Origin: Planctomycetota bacterium
GTDB taxonomy: Bacteria > Planctomycetota > UBA8108 > SXIK01
NCBI GenBank assembly: GCA_965223845.1
Contig: CBDCXR010000004.1
Location: 6,080,001 to 6,144,000 of the forward strand
Direction of reading: 5' to 3'
DNA: 64,000 nucleotides
The notes below the pieces were generated by a model that did no database searches, was not told the DNA's origin, and was given only the letters and a program-made list of their open reading frames with translations. The number at the start of each line of letters is the position of its first letter. Position 1 is the first letter of the stretch. This document shows positions 55,998 through 64,000 of the stretch, piece after piece. A program made the translations under genes and the position numbers.

Positions 55998-56029
55998 CTC
56001 TTCGTCAGAGTCGACCAACCGCCCGGGAA

Positions 56030-58765
56030 TCAACCACACCCCGGAAACACCGCGCAAGTCAGCGAACCCGGCGTCGGATCATCCCCGCAAGCGTCAAACG
56101 GCGGCGGTGGAGCGTCGCCATCGCCGAAGAGGTGGTTCAGCAGCCAAATCGCATCCGCGATGTTGATCCCACCGGAGTCATCCACGTCCGCCGCATTCGC
56201 GCATGCCGGGTCGTCGCCGTCGACGAAGAGGTAGTTGAGGATGAAGATCGCGTCGGCGATGTTCGCGCTCGCGTCGCCGTCGACGTTACCGCGGCGAAAG
56301 GCGACATCGGCCGGGCAAGCCTCGTACGCCCCGCGGTCGACGCCGCCGCCGCACGGTCTCGCGCGGCCGTCGAGATCGGTCGCGGGTGCGCCGTCCGCCT
56401 GCCCCCGGTCGATCGACTCGGAGGTCGCCTCGAGACGGAAGTCACCGGGGATCCACACGTCGTCGGCCGGGCTCGGTGTCCCGCGGTCGTCCCAGCGACC
56501 CGCATCGATGAAATCCGGGTCGACGTTCGAGTTCCCGTCGCCGGGCCAGGTGTTTTCGCCGCGGACGCACGAGAAGCTGATCTCCGCCGTTGATCCAGAG
56601 CGAAGATCGAGCGGAGTCTCTTCCCAGAAGATTGCGTTCGCCGCCGAGAGCGTCGACTGCGCGGCCAAGATGCCGGCGGTCCGATTGCCGGAAAACGTCG
56701 TGTTCACGAACTCCGGGTCGGCCCCGCCCGTCAGGTACGCGCCGATCTCGTTGCCCGAGACGACGACGTTCTCGAGTCGCGGTCGAGAGAGAAACGCAAA
56801 GAGTCCCGCGCCGCCGAACGCCGCCGGGTCGATGATGTCGCGGAGCTCGCTCCTTGCGCGCGAGTTCGCCTCGAGGTGAACTCGCGACAGGAGAGGGGTC
56901 TCTCCCGAAGCGACGGCGATCGCCGCCAACACCTCCCCCGCGGTGACGGTCGCGTCCTCGACGCGCGCGCTCGTTCGGAGACCGGCCAGAGTCCCGCGGA
57001 GCAGCGTCGAGCGGTGGCCGTCCCCTAGGAGACTGACCGCGAGCGCGAGATTCGTCAGGCCGACGGTCAACTCACCCGCTACGTGAACCGTCCGGCGGTC
57101 GAATCCACTCGCCGGCACGCGATCGTCGCTCGCGCCCATGTCGACGCCGTCCGCTCCGCTACCGAGACACGGTGAATCCTCGGCGAGCGCGAGATCGAAA
57201 CCCGCGAGAGCGGGGTCGAGAGTCCCGAACGGCGCCGCTTCCGTGCCGTCACCACCATCCGGGGCCCCCGCGACGACGTACACTTCGTCCGTCGACCAGC
57301 CTGCGAATGCGGGCGCCGCGGCGATATTCCCCGCGCCCGGCCACGGGCCGTCGTTCTCGACGCAGGAGAACGTCACGGTGCAAAGATTTCCGTCGCACAG
57401 ATTCCCCGCGATGGGGCCGCCCGCGTTCGCCCAGAGGATCGAGCTTTCGATCGTGAGGGCGGCCTTGTCGGAGAAGATTCCGCCGCCGGTTCGAAGCGCC
57501 GCGTTTCCGACGATCGTCGCGCGATCGATCTCCGTCATCGATTCGCTCAGGTACGCGGCGCCGCCGGTGCCGGCGGTGTTCCGAAAGAAAATCGACTCGG
57601 AGACCTGGATCTCGCCGCCGTAGGCACAGAAGAGTCCGCCTCCGCGCGGTGCGAAATTCTCCTCGATGCGGCACCGCTCGAACCGGATCGCGTTCTCCTT
57701 GTGCTCGGTGTACAGCGCTCCGCCCGAGTCGCGCGCGCGGTTCTCCGCGAATCGGCACCCGACGACGATCGGAGGAGAGTCGTCCCTCGCGCTCGCGATC
57801 GTCTCGACGGAGATTCCCGCTCCGACCTGCGCGGTGTTGAGGAGGAATTCGCTTCCTTCGATCCGCAGGTCGATGCGCGCGAGTGCATCGATTTCAAGGC
57901 CTCCACCCGATCCGCCGGTGCCGTCGGGAAGGCCCTCCGCGACGTTTCCGCGAAATAGACTGTCCTCGAGTGCGAGCTTCTTTCCGCGGCAGAAGAGGCC
58001 CCCGCCGTGAAACTTCGCGGTGTTGTTTCGAAACTCGACGCGGCGGATCTCGGCGCTCGCATCGCCGTCGATGAAAATGCCGGCGCCGTTTACGGCGCGA
58101 TTGCTCGAGAAGACCGAATCTTCGACGACCAGGTTCGAGTCCGCGAGAGCGGCGATGCCCGCTCCGCCCGGGAAGCGAAACCTCGGCGCATCGGGGTTGA
58201 AGTTCCGCGCAAAGGTCGAGCGCCGTACGGTGACGCGCGAATCGACTCCGCAGAGGATCGCGCCGCCGTACTCGGCGGTGTTCGATTCGAAGACGCAGTC
58301 TTCGATCACCGGCTCAGCGTGCGGGCCGACGTACACCGCGCCGCCGCCGACGGCGAGCACGACTTCGAACTTTCCGTCGGGGAGTCGAACTTCAATCTCG
58401 CGGCGAGTGCCTCGGCCGCCGCTGATCGTAAGGCCGGCGATGCGAACGTCGGGCTCGCCGCTTTCGAGCGCGAATACGCTCGCCCGGGAGCGGTCGTCGG
58501 GTGAACCCATGCGCACGGTCGTCGCCTCGGCGCCGTCGCGGCTTCGAACCGTGAGCGACTTCCCGCCGAACACGATCGGGCGCGTCACCTCGTACTCGCC
58601 GGGCGCGATGACGATTTCGTCGCCACTCTCGGCGGCAGCGATCGCGGCGGCGATCGTCGCGTGGTCTTCCGGAACGCGGAGCTCGACGGCTGGGAGAGCG
58701 CTCCATCCGATGAAGAGCGCGATCGCGACGAACGGTCCGAGCTTCGAAGGCCTCGACTCACTCAC
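56030..58765 (-). CDS. Secreted beta-helix (Pmp-like GGA/FxxN repeat) protein with dockerin-like domain
   Basis: LRVPEDHATIAAAI, repeated F..N.A..GG(A/G), DLDGRARP...DRGAYE, FRRGNVDGDASANIAD...C...CGDDP...C. Confidence 0.9.
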   Translation of the reverse strand: MSESRPSKLGPFVAIALFIGWSALPAVELRVPEDHATIAAAIAAAESGDEIVIAPGEYEVTRPIVFGGKSLTVRSRDGAEATTVRMGSPDDRSRASVFALESGEPDVRIAGLTISGGRGTRREIEVRLPDGKFEVVLAVGGGAVYVGPHAEPVIEDCVFESNTAEYGGAILCGVDSRVTVRRSTFARNFNPDAPRFRFPGGAGIAALADSNLVVEDSVFSSNRAVNGAGIFIDGDASAEIRRVEFRNNTAKFHGGGLFCRGKKLALEDSLFRGNVAEGLPDGTGGSGGGLEIDALARIDLRIEGSEFLLNTAQVGAGISVETIASARDDSPPIVVGCRFAENRARDSGGALYTEHKENAIRFERCRIEENFAPRGGGLFCAYGGEIQVSESIFFRNTAGTGGAAYLSESMTEIDRATIVGNAALRTGGGIFSDKAALTIESSILWANAGGPIAGNLCDGNLCTVTFSCVENDGPWPGAGNIAAAPAFAGWSTDEVYVVAGAPDGGDGTEAAPFGTLDPALAGFDLALAEDSPCLGSGADGVDMGASDDRVPASGFDRRTVHVAGELTVGLTNLALAVSLLGDGHRSTLLRGTLAGLRTSARVEDATVTAGEVLAAIAVASGETPLLSRVHLEANSRARSELRDIIDPAAFGGAGLFAFLSRPRLENVVVSGNEIGAYLTGGADPEFVNTTFSGNRTAGILAAQSTLSAANAIFWEETPLDLRSGSTAEISFSCVRGENTWPGDGNSNVDPDFIDAGRWDDRGTPSPADDVWIPGDFRLEATSESIDRGQADGAPATDLDGRARPCGGGVDRGAYEACPADVAFRRGNVDGDASANIADAIFILNYLFVDGDDPACANAADVDDSGGINIADAIWLLNHLFGDGDAPPPPFDACGDDPTPGSLTCAVFPGCG

Positions 58766-61700
58766 AGTCCACTCGGAGCGGCGATGCCGCGCGCCCCCCT
58801 CCGTAGAGATAGTTCAAGAATGCGATTGGATCGTTGATCGCGACCGAACCGTTTCGATCGAAATCTGCAACCGATGGACAAACGATCGCGACCTCCGTCG
58901 CGCCTTCGCGCGCGCCGAAGAGATGGCGCAGCACGGTCACCGCGTCGGTGACGTCGAGCCGACGATCGCCGTTCGCGTCGCCCGTCAAGATGTCGCGCGC
59001 GTACACGTACGCACCGGCCTGGCGGTCGGTTCCGTGTGCGGTTTCCACGATGACATCAACTGAGTCTGCGCGCACGGCCGGAGGCGCGAGTCCGCGAAGA
59101 TCCCCGCTCGGGAGGAGGGCGAGATCGAACAGTTCGCGCTCGCCGACGAGAACGCGGGTTGCGCTCGTCAATCCCGCGCCCGTCACCGTGACGACGTCAC
59201 CCCCGAGAACCGACCCGCGCGCGGGAAGGATCTTCGCGATCGCCGGCGGCTCGGAGCTCGCGAGTCCGCGCGCGCCCATGTCCGTTCCGTCGCGCCCGGT
59301 GCCGAGACAGGGAGATCCCGCGCGCAATCGGACGTCCCGCTGAGCGACGAACTCGGGGTCGAGAGAGACGTTCTCAACACCCCAGAAATCCGGATCCGTG
59401 CCGAGATTCGATCGAGAGATCTCGAGCGTCGAATCGAGGTCGACGCTCACGTCGACGTCGTTGCCCCACACGATCGAGCTGTGGAACGTCCCGTGAGCCC
59501 CGAGCGCGCCGGCGGTCTTGACCAGGGCCGCTACGCCGTTCAGGCATCCCGTAACCGTGTTGTGGTCGCCCGTAGCCGTCGTCCCGTCCTTGAGGACGAT
59601 CCCGTCGCGGCAGTCGACGATCACGTTCTTGCGAATGGAGGGCGATCCGAGGCCCTCGATCGAGATCGCGCGATCGCCGCAATCGATCATCACGTTTCCC
59701 TCGATCAGAGCGGAAGACGCGAGGAGGTCGATCCCATCGTCGCTTCCCCCGCGGATCAAGTTCCCGGCGATGCGACTCGCTCCCGGTTCGCGGTCGAGCT
59801 CCCCGTCGAGATCGATCGCGTCCTGGTCGCCGTGAACATCCTCGATCGTATTTCCGGTCGCGATCACTGTCGACGTCACCCCGTGGATCGCTTCGCCGGT
59901 CCGCCGGAAAGTGCAGTCGGCAACCTCGAGCCGGCCGTCGATCGCTTCGAGGACGACTCCGGGAATCCCTTCGAAGTGGGAGTTCCGCACCGAGACGTTC
60001 CCCTTCTCATTTTCGATGAACGGTTTCGCGGGTGTCGACGGATCGAACTCGCCGCTCGCAAACACGAAGCGGACGTGCTCGAGGCGGCCGCGCGAACCGT
60101 TCAAAAAGTGGATGCGTTGGCCGCTGCCGCCGGGGATAGAAAGCCCGAACACGATCGGTCGATCGGCGCTTCCCACCGCATCCAGGTTGCCGTCGACGAG
60201 AAGCTCGCCGCTCGGTGCAAGGAGAACGTGGGCCCCGGCGTCGATCCGGACCGAAGCGTTCGCGGGCACCTTGAGGTCGGGTGCGAGGATCCAGGGCGCT
60301 CCGTCAGCCGCGAACTGGGTCTCCCCGGGAGGAAGCGTCGAAACGACGCGTTCGGGCGAGATGCGCTCGAGCGTCGCGTCGAGCCTTGCGATGGTCTCGC
60401 CGTCCTCGTCGAAGGCGCGGATGCGAAGCCTCCGGTCCGTGCGCGCGGAGATCGCGATGCGCCAAATGCCGTCGACCGCCGAGTACTCGGCTTCCCGTCC
60501 GGCTACCGTCACCCGCGCCGCCTCCGCGGGTGGCGCCGTACCGGAGAGAACAAGATCCTCGGCGATCGCGAAGAGTCTCCGGCCGCTCCCGACTCCGCCC
60601 TCGGCGACCGAGGCGCTCAGCGTGCGCTCGACGTGCCGGCGGATGAACGCGCTTCTCTCGCGGACGAAGGTGACGAACTCGTCCTGACCCTCGAGGTCGT
60701 ACCCGCGCTCGATGCGGCGCGCTTGGCGAGCGGTCGCTTCGACGGTGAAGTGCGTCGAGACGAGATCGCGGAGCGTCCGGTAGTAGTGTCGTGAGTACTC
60801 GGGGATCTCGAGGAGACGACGGATCGCGGGCACGCTCGGGCGGACGAGCCGCTCCTCGGACTCGAGGTAGACGCTGTCCATGTCCCACGGAAGGAGCACG
60901 AAGCGCCCGCCTTCGGGCGAGTAGATGAAATAGTCGTCTCCCGTGTCGCGATAGATGCCGCCCTCCTGATTGCTGAGCGCACCGTGCACGGCGAGAGTCT
61001 CTATCCATTGGCGCGCATCGATCCGGCGGGAAATCGTCGCCCGAAACTCGTCCTCGGGAGTCTCGCTGAACACACGGCATAGTTCGATGATGTCCGAGAA
61101 ATCGCCGTCGCGCTCGTTCGTCTCCTTGTTGTAGTGCTCGACGTAGGCCGCGGGATCGTCGCCGCGATAATCGAATACCGCTTCGTCGCGGCCGCGGTAG
61201 AGATTGCCGTCGTCGTCGCTGAAGTGCCGGCGGAGGTACGCCCGATCGATCGGCTCGAGCTGGGCGTAGCGAGGAAAAAGCTGGCCGTCGAAGACGAGAC
61301 GGACGAGGCGCGCGCGCGAGTAGGGAAGTCCCACGCGGCGCCAAAGATCCATTCCCATGACTTGTCGGTGCGGCTGGAACGCATTGAGGAAGATCGTGCG
61401 GCCGTCGGGAAATCGGTCTTCGTCGCGAAAGCGGATGCGGTAGGACTTCGGATCGAGGAGCCGCGACCCGCTCCCTCGGTAGCGAACGCGAGCGCGGTAG
61501 TACGCCTTCCCCCCCGCGATGAAGGTAGCGGGACGCTGGACGTTCGAGAGCGGATCCTCGGCGAGCGCGGCGACGTCCGCCGGCCGGAGAACGAGACGGT
61601 AGTCTTCGTCGAGCGGCGAGTCGCGGTCGGTGTCGACTTCGAAGAGTGCGGTATCCGGCTCGCCGCCGTAAGGGAACACGCCGCACTCGCGGCGCCCGCG

Positions 61701-63962
61701 GCTCTCGGGGCCGCAAACCTCGATCTGAAACTCGATCACCGCGCCGTCGACCTGCGGAGGAATTTCTCCGATCCAGAAACCGTCCTCCGCTCGCATCGGA
61801 AGCTCGGCGAGCGCGCCGTCGCCGGCGACGCGGTAGCGGAGCGTCGCCGCGGGAACGGAGTCCTCCGCGCGGGCGCGGATGGAGATCGCGTCGCCCGGGG
61901 TCGGTACGAGCGGCGTGTGCGTCACGTCCCAGATCTGACGCGGGACGCGTTCGCCCTCGACGCTGTTCGCGCGGCCGGGAGTCCCACCTACCGCGAGCGA
62001 TGGCAGCCAAGCCCCGCCGGCCTCGTTTTCGAGCGCCGCCTCGACGAGCTCGAGCGATACCCCCGACTCGTCGGGCTCCTCGGGCCACGTCCCGCCGGCC
62101 GCGTAACGAACGCGGTCGAGTTCGCGCCCGCGGCCATCTGAGAGGACGAGCGTCTCGCCGCGACTCGACAGACGTCCGGCGAACGGGCCTAGGACCATCG
62201 TTTCCGGTGGGACGTCGATCTCGTCCGGCTCTTCCGCGACGACGAGGCGCTCGCCCGCTTCGAGCACTACATCTTCGGGAAAGAGGTACTCGACGCCGCC
62301 CGAGACCCGGCCGTAGCCGAGGTCGACCCGCTCGCGCGCGACGATTTCGATAAACTCGCTCCCCGATGTCGGGCGGTAGAGGATCTCCGTGATCACCGCC
62401 GCGCCGGGCGCCGGGGGAACGTTCGGCGCGGCGGGCGTCGCTCGCTCGAGCCACCGCACGGGATCGCCGGACGCGTCGCTCGACGGATCCCCGGAGGGAA
62501 AGCGCCCGAGCGAACCGCTCTCCGGCGCGCGCGGAAACCAGCGCGCGTCGATGAGTCGATCTCCGTCCGCAGTGCGGAGTGCGAGCCGTTTCCCGTCGAG
62601 CTCATTCGGAAGCTCGAGAGTGGAGAACCCGTTCGCTGGGAGCACCGTTCCGGGCGGGAGGGTCGTCACCGGGCTCGGCGCCTCGCTGGCGAGCGCTTCG
62701 GCGTCGAGGAGCTGCGCGCCCGAGAGGTCGACCGCGTGCGGTGACGCATTTCGAAGCTCGAGTCGAAGCGTTCCGCCGTCGCGCCAGAGTTCGTTGAGAG
62801 TCACTTCCGGCGGACGCGGCCGCCGCGTCGCCAGCTCGAGCTTCGGATCGATCACGAAGTCCGAGCCTCGGACGTGATCGTTGACCGCGTAAACGGCGAG
62901 GACGTTCGTCCCCGGGACGAGAAGGTCTGCGCGCGATGAGAGGTGGATGACCGCCGGAACGCCTTCGGCGCGCTGTCGCTCCGTCGCGACGTCGTCGTGA
63001 CGAACCGGCGTTCCCGGCTCGCCCGTATTTCGCCGCGCGATCTCTTCGCCGTTGAGCCACGCGACGAAGCCGTCGTCGAAGAGGGTCGTGAACACGAGAT
63101 CGACGATGTCTTCTCCTGACGGCGAGTAGTCGAAGGTGCGCCGGAGGTAGAGCGAGCTGTAGGACTCGCGCATGTCGTCGAGAACCGTCGCATCATCGAA
63201 GTTACCGAACCCGAAGGAAGCCGGATCCTCGGCCCACGAGCCGTCGTCATAGTTCGCTCCCGTCCACGCGAGAGCGTCACCCAAGGGCTCCGAGCGACCT
63301 TTGAAGTAACGCCACCGCGCGCCGGGCGGGACGAGCGCTTCGGTCGAAAACGCCTCCGCCCGCGAGTTCGTGCGTCCCGGAGTTCCTCCGATCGCCCACG
63401 AGCGAGCCCAGGATGCGGCGCGCGTTGGATCCGAGAACGTCGCGACGCGCTCGAGCGATGCTCCCCCGCGATCGGCGGCCGCGCCCGGTTCGATCGCATA
63501 CTCGCTGCGCTCGATCGAGCGGCGCTCGGCGTCTTCGATGCGGAGCTCGCCGCCGTCCGCCGGAAGCTTGCCGGAATACTCCCCCGTCGCCTCGAATCCG
63601 AATCGTTCGCGAAAGAGCTCGAGATCGTCCGTGAGAACGATCCACCCGCGGCCGGGAACGGTCGATCCGGCGGGAAACGAATACCGGGCGTCGCCGCGGA
63701 GCCGCCAACCGCCGACTGAGAGCGGTCGCGGTGACGGATTGAAGAGCTCGACGAACGCCGGCCACCCTCTCGCGGGCGCGGCGTGGATCTCGCTCGTGAG
63801 GAGATCGCGCGCGCTCAGCGTCGGCGCCGCGAGCGCGAGCGCGATCACGGCGGCTCGCGTCGATCCGCGCCGCCGCGGGGGCAAGTTCTCGTTCCCGTTC
63901 ACTCGCACGGTGGAAACGCCTCGCAGGTGAGTCCGTCGTCGTCGGTCGGGTCGAATCCGCAC
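58758..63962 (-). CDS. CotH-kinase family protein with lamin-tail domains, jelly-roll, beta-helix, IPT/TIG and dockerin-like domains (start uncertain, 63902-63962)
   Basis: FVELFN and ITEILY...EFIEI with GTPGR.NS (lamin-tail); RYRGSGSR, KSYRIRF, PWDMD (CotH); DDGFVAWLNGEE; GDANGDRRLDVTDA. Confidence 0.9.
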   Translation of the reverse strand: MRIRPDRRRRTHLRGVSTVRVNGNENLPPRRRGSTRAAVIALALAAPTLSARDLLTSEIHAAPARGWPAFVELFNPSPRPLSVGGWRLRGDARYSFPAGSTVPGRGWIVLTDDLELFRERFGFEATGEYSGKLPADGGELRIEDAERRSIERSEYAIEPGAAADRGGASLERVATFSDPTRAASWARSWAIGGTPGRTNSRAEAFSTEALVPPGARWRYFKGRSEPLGDALAWTGANYDDGSWAEDPASFGFGNFDDATVLDDMRESYSSLYLRRTFDYSPSGEDIVDLVFTTLFDDGFVAWLNGEEIARRNTGEPGTPVRHDDVATERQRAEGVPAVIHLSSRADLLVPGTNVLAVYAVNDHVRGSDFVIDPKLELATRRPRPPEVTLNELWRDGGTLRLELRNASPHAVDLSGAQLLDAEALASEAPSPVTTLPPGTVLPANGFSTLELPNELDGKRLALRTADGDRLIDARWFPRAPESGSLGRFPSGDPSSDASGDPVRWLERATPAAPNVPPAPGAAVITEILYRPTSGSEFIEIVARERVDLGYGRVSGGVEYLFPEDVVLEAGERLVVAEEPDEIDVPPETMVLGPFAGRLSSRGETLVLSDGRGRELDRVRYAAGGTWPEEPDESGVSLELVEAALENEAGGAWLPSLAVGGTPGRANSVEGERVPRQIWDVTHTPLVPTPGDAISIRARAEDSVPAATLRYRVAGDGALAELPMRAEDGFWIGEIPPQVDGAVIEFQIEVCGPESRGRRECGVFPYGGEPDTALFEVDTDRDSPLDEDYRLVLRPADVAALAEDPLSNVQRPATFIAGGKAYYRARVRYRGSGSRLLDPKSYRIRFRDEDRFPDGRTIFLNAFQPHRQVMGMDLWRRVGLPYSRARLVRLVFDGQLFPRYAQLEPIDRAYLRRHFSDDDGNLYRGRDEAVFDYRGDDPAAYVEHYNKETNERDGDFSDIIELCRVFSETPEDEFRATISRRIDARQWIETLAVHGALSNQEGGIYRDTGDDYFIYSPEGGRFVLLPWDMDSVYLESEERLVRPSVPAIRRLLEIPEYSRHYYRTLRDLVSTHFTVEATARQARRIERGYDLEGQDEFVTFVRERSAFIRRHVERTLSASVAEGGVGSGRRLFAIAEDLVLSGTAPPAEAARVTVAGREAEYSAVDGIWRIAISARTDRRLRIRAFDEDGETIARLDATLERISPERVVSTLPPGETQFAADGAPWILAPDLKVPANASVRIDAGAHVLLAPSGELLVDGNLDAVGSADRPIVFGLSIPGGSGQRIHFLNGSRGRLEHVRFVFASGEFDPSTPAKPFIENEKGNVSVRNSHFEGIPGVVLEAIDGRLEVADCTFRRTGEAIHGVTSTVIATGNTIEDVHGDQDAIDLDGELDREPGASRIAGNLIRGGSDDGIDLLASSALIEGNVMIDCGDRAISIEGLGSPSIRKNVIVDCRDGIVLKDGTTATGDHNTVTGCLNGVAALVKTAGALGAHGTFHSSIVWGNDVDVSVDLDSTLEISRSNLGTDPDFWGVENVSLDPEFVAQRDVRLRAGSPCLGTGRDGTDMGARGLASSEPPAIAKILPARGSVLGGDVVTVTGAGLTSATRVLVGERELFDLALLPSGDLRGLAPPAVRADSVDVIVETAHGTDRQAGAYVYARDILTGDANGDRRLDVTDAVTVLRHLFGAREGATEVAIVCPSVADFDRNGSVAINDPIAFLNYLYGGGRAASPLRVDCE

Positions 63963-64000
63963 GTGAGAAGCGGCGCGGGCGGCTCGCGTCCGTCCGCGAA

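Noticed and set aside
55774-56057. Two mirror-image small ORFs (EFHTKSAKDREE...) resembling a toxin-antitoxin pair
   Set aside because: The similarity is a direct result of the 36-bp inverted repeat.

Overview
GC-rich bacterial window, almost certainly Planctomycetota. It carries two PSD1/planctomycete-cytochrome-c (DUF1549/DUF1553) genes, three DUF1501 genes, two ECF-sigma/Ser-Thr-kinase pairs and five secreted proteins ending in the same dockerin-like domain. About 31 real CDS are supported; most other ORFs in the track are antisense or frame shadows. No rRNA, tRNA or CRISPR array was seen. Highlights: (1) a tight four-gene operon (45306-48769) joining a Tes/GDGT-MAS-like multi-Fe-S radical SAM enzyme to a divergent Lgt paralog and two membrane proteins, one with Cys in its membrane segment, which could be an undescribed lipid or lipoprotein tail cross-linking system; (2) candidate sibling small transcripts (16.4-16.65, 26.8-26.9 and 45.0 kb) sharing an ECF-type G(A/G)CGGA-N15/16-CGA promoter motif and a GTTGTG motif, two of them with similar terminators; (3) three sigma54-type promoters, one facing a gene-free structured region and one facing a three-way-junction RNA; (4) a heme peroxidase / small G-x-x-x-G proteins / glycosyltransferase cluster bracketed by the two ECF-kinase pairs; (5) a RAYT-type tyrosine transposase with flanking repeats and a separate 36-bp perfect inverted-repeat element. 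All family assignments come from reading motifs by eye; no searches were run.
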